A stretch of 64,000 bases of DNA, from NCBI RefSeq assembly GCF_964204645.1, contig NW_027437434.1, forward strand, positions 117,001 to 181,000. Direction: 5' to 3'. A model generated the notes under the pieces. It made no database searches and was not told where the DNA came from. It saw nothing but the letters and a program-made list of their open reading frames with translations. Shown piece by piece: positions 13,890 through 25,710 of this stretch. Source of the stretch: Tubulanus polymorphus. Its lineage: Eukaryota > Animalia > Nemertea. How positions within the stretch are numbered: the first letter of the stretch is position 1; every line of letters starts with the position of its first letter. Position numbers and translations under genes: made by a program.

Positions 13890-14764
13890 TTATGAACACT
13901 TACATGAAGTCGTTGAAATCATTTTCAAACGATTCTTTTCTATCAAAGGGACGAAATGTTTTGGTATCCACACATTTCCGTGCGACTCTCCAATTCTTGT
14001 CCACAATATATTAATTGGAGGTGACATTTTCCTATAGCATTCACGAGGCACCATTTCGGTATTTAGCAGTCTCACGTGCTGGTCCATCATACCATTCACA
14101 GGTGGATATACAGTTCGTATGTAGCGTCCAATAACTGTCGCCAATGCGTGAAATGTTATTTGTGACGAATAGGCGGTATCAGTTGCTGCAGCCAGACATG
14201 TTTCCTCTATAGATGGCGATATTAATGCATATCCCCTGTTCTCTGCTTCTCGTTCATAGAACTTCGTGTTTCTGACGAGCTCTGTCGCTGTCCTGACTCT
14301 GAGTTCATCGGCAAGTATTTCGGTTCCTAATAAAGTCATAGGAACTGCATTAAAGAGACAGTTTCCATCTCCTCCAACACGCACAGGAATGAAGCCTGGT
14401 ACGTTCACAATGTTTCGCGATAATTGATCGGCATCAGCGACTATTTCAGGAGTCAATTTCTGTTCGAATTGCCCAAAACTGGCCAGTTTGATGGCCACCA
14501 TGTTGGCTGCTTCGTGAGGGCCCTACTTTCTTAGTATAGCGGCTTCGTATAGGATGAGTAGGCGGGTGTACATAATAGATCCATCGGGCTTGGAAAAACA
14601 CTTGTTACAATTGTATTTCAATTTCGATTGGCCCAGCAGCTCGAATTCTTCATCCCCTATCTTCTCGCATGCAGCATGACACCAGTGCTTGCAGATAGGA
14701 CAATAAACGCTGGGTCCCTTATCGCATGAAAGCATACACACCCCGCAAGGCCACTTGGTTTAAC
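13890..14764 (-). pseudogene. PHD finger fused to an OTU-like (vertnin-like) cysteine protease domain, MULE cargo exon
   Basis: WPCGVC..SVYCPICKHWCHAACEKI..YNCNKC (PHD) is in frame, across a single TAG at 14523-14525, with VGGDGNCLFNAV...WIPKHFVPL (OTU Cys and His boxes); acceptor CTTTAG near 14765. Confidence 0.8.
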
Positions 14765-16521
14765 CTAAAGGAAAATTTACAATATTAGTTAGGAAATTTG
14801 TATCATCAGTTTTCAGAATTTCAACAATCAATGCGGATTTTAAAATGTCAGACATCAGTAAGAAAGGTGATAATTTGTTAAACAATATCGGCCTGTGTCA
14901 ACTAAACCACGTATTTCAAAAATTTTAGAGAAAACATTTGTAGATAAATACATATTAATAAATACATTACATTCATATTTGGAGAAGGCTATTCGACGGA
15001 CATGGCATGGCTATCAATTTAATTATTTCTCATAATTATAATTCAAATCATTCGTTTGTATCATGCAAACATGGTAAGTTTGAATAATTTTGAACAAATG
15101 ACACAACCATAAAAGAAAAGGAATCGGGCCTAAAATTGAACTTTGATGAATTCCGCATGAATAGAAGTGACCCTTGAATGTCAAGAACTAAAAAAGTTAT
15201 ATCTTTGGTTCAAATAGATAAATTGTCTCTTAAATTTAAGAGTAAAATCTCTGTAAATTTATTATATCTGATAAAATTTTCTTGTAATATTCTTACCTTT
15301 CGAATCATTAGGGTTTTCTGACTTTCGTCGAAAACCCTCTTGAAATTCTGTTGATTATTATTATTATCATATATTTTCCGCCGATTTCGTCAAATAAAAT
15401 TCATCTTCATTCAGATTCGGCAACTGACAGCTTCGAAACGAAATGTATAAATTGATACTGTAATAACGGTCTCTCTGAAACAACAGATTGTCTGAATGTA
15501 CTTTCCATCCTATTTGAAACTTAAAATTACTTATTAGGTTACTGTAAATAAAGAATTGAATTGAATTGTTAGACAACAAGCACCGGCGAAATAACAGTTT
15601 GTGACGTCATTTAGTAAGTAAATAAAGGAGGGCTCCGAGAATTTCCAAATCACGGGGGACTATACTGGGGTTAGACCATTCAAAAGTTCATAATGTACTT
15701 GTAGGTTATTAAAAATATTATGATATTTGATTTGGTTTGGTCTAAATTTAATTAATGAAAAAACCAATGAAACTATGCTTAGAAAATATTGGTAATAAAG
15801 TAATTTTGAATTTAGTGCGTACCATGCTACTGGCAAAAACCGTAAAGTTCCCCAAGTCTCCGTTTCTACCTTACGCATGCGCATTAGTCAGTGCTGTAAT
15901 GGCTCTAAGTCGAGAAATCGGCACATTGCGCATGCGGTACTACATGTGAACTGCATGTGAACTTTAATGACTAATAGTCACTGTAGTTTCCATTAGGTTC
16001 GAATCCCGTAAAAATATTGATCTTATTTACGCTGGTTCATCTTATAAGCAGGTTCGAAACCCGAAAATTACTGGTCGTATTTCAAGCGTTACGACATGAA
16101 CTTTGATGATTAAAGTGTCGCTGGGTTATTGTTTGCCAAGTAAAAAAGTTACAGCATCCCGAATATGAAACAATGAACTTTGATAGCCCCAGGATTTACT
16201 TTTAAGTGCTATTAGGTTCGAATCCCGAATGTGTAGCAGAAAAATACATTCATCCTTTTTTTTAATATACCGATATGTATCTTAGATTTTCAGCTTATGG
16301 CAAGACCACTTGAACACAGGTTGGGGAATGACAGGTCTGTCTGCGGGCGTCGCGAAGGTTTTCTTGACCTTTCAAAATCCATGGTTGTCCTCTATTAGTT
16401 GTTGAAATAGAATGACCCATCTTGGGCCGTTGCCGCTTTTTATTTAGTTCGCCAAGAACTAATCACTAATTATCATACTTATAATTTCTATCTTTCAGAA
16501 CAAAATTCTCATTCTGATTAT

Positions 16522-16921
16522 CCGTTAGTTTGTAACTGTTTTTATGTGGTATTTCTAAATTTCTTTTAATTTGTCCTTTGATCAAGATTCACTATTGCCT
16601 CGGGTTAACCCCCTAGTTTGCCATGCCTTAATTCGTTTAGTTTGTAACTGTCTTTGTATTGTATTTCTAAATTTCTCTACGCTCTTGTCCTTTGATTAAA
16701 CTTAAATATTCACTATTGTCTTTTTAAGATCCCCTAGTTTGCCTTGCCTTAATTCGTTTAGTTTGTAACTGTCTTTGTATTGTATTTCTAAATTTCTCTT
16801 CGCTCTTGTCCTTTGATTAAACTTAAATATTCACTATTGTCTTTTTAAGATCCCCTAGTTTGCCTTGCCTTAATTCGTTTAGTTTGTAACTGTCTTTGTA
16901 TTGTATTTCTAAATTTCTCTA
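16522..16921. repeat. ~121-bp tandem repeat, about 3.3 copies, inside the MULE
   Basis: CGTTTAGTTTGTAACTGTC recurs at about 16522, 16635, 16756 and 16877. Confidence 0.9.
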
Positions 16922-17154
16922 CACTGAACATCGGAAAAGCTTTTAACAAATCATCGTATCCTTTATTGTAACGTACAGCGAACTGAAAATATCATATACA
17001 TTCATTCTATTTTTTTTTTAATGCGAGTCATGCCGCTAAATATATTAGATCTAGAGCTAAGTATATTAGATCTAGAGCTCCAGTGAGTGTCCAGTCGGTT
17101 CCCAGTCGGCTCCGGTCAGTTTCCAGTCGGCTCCAGTCGGTATTTAGTAGGGGC

Positions 17155-17377
17155 GGATTTGGGGTTTGGGATGAAGGTCGCTATAAACTTGGCACGGTTT
17201 ACCGGTAGATGCGGTCAATGCGACGTTCTTTCCACGATTCATCAATGCTTTGACGACACGCCTGACAAAAAACGATTTTCCCGTACCAACCTGGCCACAT
17301 ACTATCAAATTGTGACCGGCAATAACCAAGTCAAAAGCATTCTTTTGACAGTCATTTAGGTCATCCGGGGACGACAT
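17155..17377 (-). pseudogene. PIF1-family helicase, N-terminal part, separated from the rest by the MULE insertion
   Basis: LNDCQ..AF..V..GHNLIVCGQVGTGKS (Walker A) and VALTASTG (motif Ia); joins HPKP|QTIH across the insertion. Confidence 0.88.
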
Positions 17378-17529
17378 AGTTTATATCGGTCTGATACAGT
17401 TACGTGGATATAGCAGGTAACCGCATCGCAGATCAGGTGGCAGTACCAGACGTGATCGAAAAGTTTGATGTTGGATTTAAGAATTAGTTTGACAGCCGGA
17501 TCCACGTGCATTTATTTACTATTGCCCGT

Positions 17530-17650
17530 TGGCCCGGTGTGTTTACTTTTGCAACGGGCCAATCATAGAAGTGAGTTCTATGGGCCAATCAACGCATCGG
17601 TCGTAAGTGCGGAGCTAATGTTACTTCCGGGTATGATGGCGGAAGTTTTC
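17530..17650. promoter_or_regulatory. Candidate promoter (possibly bidirectional) upstream of PIF1
   Basis: Two GGCCAATC CCAAT boxes, ACTTCCGG (ETS-like) and ATGGCGG (YY1-like) in a GC-richer patch about 200 bp upstream of the PIF1 ATG. Confidence 0.4.
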
Positions 17651-18414
17651 AGCGAGGAGGGACGTTTTTCGAGACTGGTCGCGATTTAGCTGTTCCTGTG
17701 CGTTAGATTATCTAAAAAGACGAAAATATCGATACGCTGGGGTAAGATCAGAGTCTAAGCTTTCGAACGAGCCCTCGATCGTAAAAATCGGTTCAGAATT
17801 ACTAGTCGAAAGCGCCGTTTGTTTTCGAAAATCGTGGTCATTTTTACTTCCAGGCTGGTGCGGTACAGACGGAATTTGACGATTTTTTGGGAGTAATCGC
17901 CCGATTTAACAACCTTTAAGACAAAACAACCTTCAATAAACAACTCGGACTTGTGCAGAAATCTGTTGGCTTTACAAAAAAACTTTATTTGAAGCGGATC
18001 GGACCGCAAATAACAAAACTACGAACTGTTGAAGTGACATACCTATCGACCGATCTGACGGAGAGTTGGCTCCCTTGTCTTTTTATATATAGTACCTAGG
18101 ATACTGGGGTCAAAATTTTTTTTGTCAGGTCCCCGTGGGGTATTGTAGAGATATAAGGGACCAACTCTCATCATTTCAATAGAAATGAAAAAAAAAATCA
18201 TTTTGAAAATTTTGTTGTGACTAAAAGGATTGTTTTTTTTCACACGTAAGGTGGAGGTGGCGGTTTATGTGGAAGGCGGTATATTGAGGGTTGACAGTTA
18301 TTTTACATTCATATACATTTTTCTCAGGATAGGATTAGAGATATTTGAATTGATCTTAAATACCTCCCAGGTCTTTTCCAGAGTCTTGACACAGGTAACA
18401 CAATGACCCATCGG

Positions 18415-19249
18415 CTCAAGTCCATTATAACATTAACCCCGATTGTCGTCCGATTCTACTCGTCGACAATGTCTACAACCCCGATTGTCGTCCGATTCTA
18501 CTCGTCGACAATGTCTACAACCCCGATTGACGACCGATTCTACTCGTCGACAATGTCTGCAATCCTGATTGTCGACCGATTTTACTCGTCGACAATGTCT
18601 ACAACCCCGATTAACGACCGATTTTACTTTGTCTACAATCATGTTTATACAATCTTATATAGGCTAGAGTCGCTGTGTTCGAGGGGCTGCGTGTGTGCGT
18701 GGATTACGATTATATATAGTGGCTGGGATCGAGGGGCCGCGTGTGTGAGTGGATCACCCTTATATAGAGTGGCTGGGATATTGAGGGGCTGCGTGTGTGC
18801 GTGAATCACCCTAAATTGGCTGGGATCGAGGGGTGGTGTGTGCGTGGATTACCCTTATATAGAGTGGCTGCTATCGAGGGGCTGCGTGTGTGCATGGATC
18901 ACCCTTATATAGAGTGGCTGGGATCGAGGGGCCGCGTGTGTGCGTGGATTTTGTGCGTGGATTACCCTTATATAAAGTGGCTGGGATCGAGGGGTGGTGT
19001 GTGCGTGGATTACCCTCATATAGAGTGGCCGGGATCGAAGCGCTGCATGTGTGCGTGGATTACCCTTATATAAAGTGGCTGGGATCGAGGAGCTGCGTGC
19101 TTCCATCAGTTGATTTTCACAATCAGGATTGTAGACATTGTCGACGAGTAGAATCGGTCGACAATCGGAGTTGTAGACATTGTCGACGAGTAAAATCGGT
19201 CGACAATCAGGATTGTAGACATTTTGACTCAAGTCCATTATAACATTAA
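18415..19249. mobile_element. Foldback-like insertion of 42-bp and ~49-bp minisatellites flanked by a 22-bp direct repeat
   Basis: CTCAAGTCCATTATAACATTAA at 18415-18436 and 19228-19249; 42-bp units on the left are inverted on the right; ~49-bp GGCTGGGATCGAGGGG units lie in between. Confidence 0.75.
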
Positions 19250-20493
19250 ATAGTTCCAGCAGAGACTTATCACATTGGACTGGTATTTGGAATTGGATGG
19301 GGTGTTCTGTCGTTCAGCTGAAACAACTTTAAAAACCTTGACTTGGCTTGTCATTTCACCTGAAATTATTATATTATAGCAAACCAATATTATTCATTTT
19401 TACAAAACGTACTTTCTTGATTTGGCAGTTTCATTTTTGGAATAACTATGTCATGGTAGACATAGATTTGATCTGCATGAATATAGCTTTTAAAATATCA
19501 GAGTTACATTTTTGAAAAATAGCATTTTATCAATCATTTTATTTCTGAGATTATTTTCTTGTTTCTCTTTGTACCATTTATGACTGCCAAGCCTAGTTAC
19601 TCTGGTCTGAGAAGCTTTGTTCTCATAGTATCTTAAAGTCAACAAACCACAACATTTGCCTAGATACTTAATGGTGACACTAATTACAAAGTTTGTTTTC
19701 TTGGCAATCTGGCATCTATCCGTTGTCAGAGCCCAAGTACCTGGATCCTCCAATCAGATGAATCTTTGCTAGATTGGGTTTGTAGGTGGAGCCAGAGTCA
19801 TCAAGGTCCAGCTCAGGCCTAGCTGGGTTATTCTGACTTTGGATTTCATCAAATAAACCCAATCTGCAATTAAAGATTCACTCTCGTATTTTCATTGGAT
19901 TTTCAGGTAAGATATTTAGTACACTTTGTTATTCATAGTGTTTCCATTTATTACAACTTAGCTTAGGCCTAAAACAATATAGTATAATTTGTCTGCTATA
20001 TTCTCGCCTCCCCCGAGTGAAGTATTCTACCGATCCTTATGGATCTCGATTATTAAAGAAATCGAATGTAAATTAGAATTACAAATAACTGAAATTAGGT
20101 TTTGCTATAAACCATGCAAGACGCATATATTCGAATTACAAACTAAAACTTAAGCTGGCAATTTGAGTACTCTGTATATATATATACATATATATATATT
20201 TATATTATTAGTCAACAAGGTGTTATGACGATATGATATATAATCTCAGTAATTATTAGTATAATCATGTATATTCAAATGTATGAACTATGACTTTTAA
20301 TAACTTTTTTTCTGACATTGGATTTCATCAAATAAACCCAATCTGCAATTAAAGATTCACTCTCGTATTTTCATTGGATTTTCAGGAATTTCAGGATCAC
20401 AAAACATAATTATAACCGCGGTGGTTCATCCCAAAAACTTCCGCATTAAAGTTGGTGGAGAACGGCTTCGGTACCGTGTACTAGATACTTAAT

Positions 20494-21519
20494 ATGTCGC
20501 TACCCGGAATGTTTGAGGTGGACGAAAATTCAGCGCGAGCGCTCCGAAATGGAAAGATGGTGGTGATCACGAATTAGCCATCCAGTCCGTCACTGGAACA
20601 AACAGAAAATCGTATCGATTCGGAATCCTTGGACGCAACAACAGGCAACAATGTGGGTTCGTGTCACCATTTGTTTAAACAATATAAACTCTCAGAATTT
20701 GACGGTAAAGAAAATGTGGACGGCTGGCTCCGTCAGTTCGAACGATTTGTCGAGTGCCAGGGTATTCCGGAGAAAATGCAATCGACGATATTGTTTATGC
20801 ATCTCTCGCCAGATGTAGAAACGGTGCTAAATGTTGTGCCGAGAGAATTTCGGTCGGACATTGCGATTTTGAAGGAGAACTTACGTCGTCGTTACCGACC
20901 AGCGACTGATATACTACTGACAGGTATTCGGCAGATGGAAAATGAGTCGGTAGCCAACTATCTAAACCGAGTGGAAGTCGCTGCTCTGTCTTCGTCGCTG
21001 AGACAGTCGGAAATTGTGCAATTGACCATCAATGGGTTTTCTAGCAAGTATCGTTCGTTTCTTGCGATAGATAACCCCTCAGATTTACTGAGTTTACGCG
21101 ATAAAGCTTTGCGCCTCGAGGCAACTCAATCCACGGCAGGTAGTCCCGCAGTTGCTGCTGTAGCCCCTCAGGATCAGGACGCCACGAACAAACTCACGGA
21201 AATGGTTTTCGCCTTGCAGCTTGAGAACAATAAGCGGTTCCAGAACCTTGAAGAGATGATAACGTCCCGGCATAACCAGGCGCGGCCATGGCAGGATCGC
21301 GATCGTTTTCCGAGAAGACGACCTATGAACTATCACAGCCGACAACGTACAACGAACCGAGATTTTAGCTTCAATTATCCTGTACGAAAAGATGAGGAGG
21401 GTAAGTGCTACTTTTGCAAAGGAGAGTGCTATTTGCGGTCGAGCTGCCCAGCTAGGGACAAAGAATGTTCGGCTTGTAACAAAATCGGCCATATTAGAAT
21501 TGCTTGTAGAATACGCTAG
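20494..21519 (+). CDS. gag: Gag (one premature TAG near 20575)
   Basis: FDGKENVDGWLRQFE capsid-like start; RQMENESVANY; CCHC knuckle CSACNKIGHIRIAC. Confidence 0.9.
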
Positions 21520-24500
21520 GGGTGCGAGCCTGTCCAGGAGCCAAATTCTTGCGACGGGCACCCAGAGGCCGATATTGCTTTAATGGCCCATTTAGAGAAA
21601 AATACGACTAGGTTATACATAGGTAATCAAAGAATCGATGCGCTAGTAGATAGTGGTGCAAATATTAGCTGCATTTCCAGGCAATTATTAAATCGCACTA
21701 AGTTTTCGGCATCCAAATTAAATGAATCAAATATTAGAAATGTTGTGGGTGTTAGTGGTAATATTGTTCCGGTCGCAGGAACTATAGAATTACCCCTGAC
21801 TTTCCCTGGTGTCAATACTTCGATTCGGCACACATTTTACGTGTTTGATAAAATTCACCAAAATTTGATTTTAGGGATTGATTTCATGCAGCAAAAAGGT
21901 GGACATTTAGATTTTAAAAATCACTGCTTGCAATTAGAATTAGATGATGATATACATGTACTACCTATAATAGTTACTGGCCCTACAGCTAGATCTTTTA
22001 AGTCGGTTAAGTTGCGACCACGCTGTGAAATGGATGTACCCGTATCTGTGCCTAAATACCTAAATGACACATCTGTTCTATTGTCTCCGATTCCTGAACT
22101 TGTAAATAAAAACTTTACCGGAGCTAGGTGTTTGGTTAAAGTTGAGAGAGGCACGGCTCGTTTACGTCTCTTGAATCCTACGAAAAAAACGGCTTATATA
22201 CCCAGAGGTATGGTACTGGCAAATTTGTCACAATTAGATGAGTCCACCCCGATAGTCGGCCTTTCAGATGACATGAGCCACACGTCAGTGGCCAGTGCTA
22301 CTTTACCAGAACACGATATCGGGAACATAGCAAAGTTTGCCCCGGAATCTGATGGACCAGGTTCTAATCCTGATCCCATAAATTTCGATTTGTCAGAAGC
22401 GGACTTGACTGAGGACCAACGGCAAGCTCTCCATAATCTATTGACAGAATACAGAGATAGGTTTTCTACGAACCTATCTGAACTGGGTTCTACCAACATG
22501 TATACCCATACTATAGACACCGGCGACAACCCGCCTTGCGCTCAGAGACCTTATCGTCAACCCCCTCACATTCGGGTTGAGCAAGATAGACAGGTCGATG
22601 AAATGCTAAAGGCTGATATCATTACCCAATCTAACTCTCCATTTCAATCACCGGTTATTATGGTCAAAAAGAAATCAGGCGAATACCGCTTTGCAGTGGA
22701 TTACCGTGCCCTAAATAGACCGACCAAACCCACGGCTTTTCCGCTACCGAAAATTACGGATGTGATTGATTCCATCGGAGAGGCTCGTGCAGCATATTTC
22801 TCGACCCTCGATATGACTTCAGGCTTTTGGCAAATTGGTTTGGACCCTCATACAGCGCATAAAAGCACGTTTGTTACCCAATCCGGTGCATACATGTTCA
22901 AACGCCTTCCCTTCGGTTTGAAAAACAGTCCTGTTAGTTTCCAAATGACCATGAATGAGGTTTTAAGAGGGTACAATTGGCTATTCTGTCTGGTGTACAT
23001 TGATGACATTCTCATTTATTCTAAATCATTCGAGGACCATTTACGGCATTTGAGGATGGTTTTTGATAGACTGCGCATTGCTAACATGACTCTGAAACAA
23101 TCAAAGTGTAAATTTGCTATGGACAAGGTTCCCTATCTTGGTTATATTTTTTCAAAAAGTGGAGTCGAGGCAGACCCCGCGAAATGTGAAGTCATCAAAA
23201 ACTTTCCAATTCCAAAAAACCAGCGGGATCTTCGTGCTTTCCTTGGAGTTTCGGGATTTTACAGGCGTTTTGTCAAGTCTTATGCTAATATTGCTTCTAA
23301 ACTGACATGTCTCCTTGAGAAAAACCAGGAATTTGTTTGGACCGACGAACACCAATAAGCCTTCGACACCTTGAAACAACATTTGATTTCTCCCCCCATT
23401 TTATCGTATCCGGATTATAAAAAAGACTTCCTTCTTTGTACCGATGCCTCTGATTCGGCAATTTCGTACATTTTAGCGCAGACTGATAACGAGGGTCGCG
23501 AGAAAGTTATCTGTTATGGTGGTAAATCCCTATCTCAGACACAACGTCGATGGGATACTAGAGATAAAGAATGTTTTGCTATCGTAGTAGGTATCGACGC
23601 TTATAGGGAATATTTAGCTGCCAAACCTTTCACGATCTACACAGATCATAAGTCCCTGTCATATATTCATAAGGTTAAGGACACAAATAGTCGCGTAGGC
23701 CGTTGGGCAGCTAAATTGCAGGGCTACGATTTTAAAATTGTACATCGTCCAGGTGCGAAAAACACTAATGCTGATGGTGTTTCTCGGCGAGTTTACCCCG
23801 AAACTGCAGATGATGATGATCATGAGGATTTTCCCACTCCTTTCGAAGTTGCAGCGACTTCGCTTGCAGAGACGTTGGAAGTGGAATTCACTTACGCGTT
23901 TGATGAGCCAAGTGCCTTGACCACATTATTACCTGTTCAAGACGCAGATCTCGAAACTGCACAACGAGACTGTGATGAATGTTTCCCCATGATTGATTTC
24001 TTGGAAACAGGTCAACTACCTGCGGATGAACATTTGGCCCGTTACATCGCTTTTCAGGCTGAGAATTTCCACATTCACGATGGTCTTCTCTATAAAGATT
24101 TTCAAAAATACAAAGATTTTCCAATTGAGCAACTAGTGGTTCCCAGAGATCTTAGGTCGGATATATTGGCCTCTTATCATGATTGTCTTGCAGGTGGAGG
24201 TCATAAAGGGATTAAAAAGACCTATGATGCTATCCGCAGTAAATATTACAGGAAGCATATGTATAAAGATGTGCACCAATATGTCGGCACATGTCGAAAA
24301 TGTCAGGAAGCAAAGGCGGCTTCTCACCAAAAGAAACCTTCGTTAACTAATATGCCCATAACCGATACATTTGTGCGTTGGCATATAGACTTCTTGGGTC
24401 CCCTACCCGCCACTACCACGGGTGAGAAGTACGTTCTCTTACTCGTGGATAGTTATTCTAGATGGTGTGAGGGTTTTGCATTAAAGTCACAGGAAGCTTC

Positions 24501-25710
24501 CGAGGTGGCCAAAGTCCTGTATAATGACATCTTCTCCAGATACGGCGCGCCTCGATCCTTAGTATCCGATCGGGGTCGATCATTTTTGAATTCTCTGGTT
24601 TCCTCATTATGCGAACTCTTTCAGGTAACTCGCTCTACCACATCAAGCTATCATCCCCAGACCAATGCTACCGTAGAGAGGCAAAATAGGACATTAGGCC
24701 AGATATTCAGATGCTACATTAACCAAGACCAGTCGAATTGGGCTGACATACTCCCAAGCGTAATGATGGCTATCAGGTCATCACCGTGCGAATCCACAGG
24801 ATTCTCTCCATTTCACATTCTTTTTGGTAAAGAAATGCCTCTGCCCATCGACACATCACTGACTCCGAAAGACAGTCTTTACAAACCTGTAGCCAAGCAT
24901 ATTAGTGATCTGAAAGCTAATTTGGAGGTAGTTAAAAAGATTGTTACCAAACGTAACGAGGCCATGCAGTCGAAGAATAAACGCCTTCATGATACTACGG
25001 CTAAAGACCCAGATTTCAAAATTGGTGATGAAGTTCTCATTACCAATGAAAAAGTGGCAAAAGGTAAATGTCGTAAATTGAACTTGAAGTATAAAGGCAT
25101 ATACCGTATAACAAGTGTAGGTCCCAACTTCACATATTGTCTTACATCAGTATCGGACAATAAGCCTCTTCCTTCGATGATAAATGCGGCTCGTTTGAGA
25201 CATTACTTTGCTAGAGAATCGACTGATGATTCAAACGATGTTATCCCGGAAGAACAGCCCGCAGATAAATTGACGGGTGACCAGTCAGACCAGACCAAAT
25301 CCCTTCAGAAAACTAATGCTCCTACCAGGGCTGCAAGTCAATGGACTAGGGTTGTGACAAATTCTCGGTTGAGAGCAAAAGCTAATTGTCAACACAACTC
25401 CTCCCGTAACCCTCGACCTGGTCCCAGGAGACAGCGGCAGCCACCAGTGAATGAGGTACCGCAACCTGCGGGTTACTCTCGAACCCAGTCGGATAACACT
25501 TACCATCCGATCGAACGGATTGTCAGCATGAAAAACACACAAGAAGGTAGAAAATTTAGGGTTAAATGGGCTGATGGGTCTACTTCATGGGTCAAAGAAA
25601 AACATATCACAAAACACGCAGTAGATACATACTTTGACACTCACACTTTAGCAGGCAAGAGGCGCAAACGCCCTCGCTCCTGTTTCAAGCGTCAACGTAG
25701 CAGGCCGTAA
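21520..25710 (+). CDS. pol: Pol: protease, RT, RNase H, integrase, chromo-like domain (one in-frame TAA at 23356-23358)
   Basis: LVDSGA; RLPFGL; YIDD; TDASD; HHCC (H..GGGHKG..CRKC); IDFLGP..SDRG..ERQNRT; C-terminal YHPIERIV..RKFRVKWADG.SW. Confidence 0.96.

Larger units (their letters stand above)
9257..17154 (-). mobile_element. Mutator/MULE DNA transposon, ~7.9 kb
   Basis: TIRs GC(T/C)CCTACTAAATACCGACTGGAGCCGACTGG.. at 9257-9346 and 17075-17154, built of ~11-bp CCGACTGGAG subrepeats; encodes a MULE transposase; removing it restores the PIF1 exon; TSD degenerate (CAAATCC vs CAAACTATCC on the minus strand). Confidence 0.85.

Noticed and set aside
19490-19753. Duplicated short ORFs in the LTRs (also 26715-26978, 28537-28755, 37194-37412)
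   Set aside because: Duplicated only because the LTRs are; no recognisable domain
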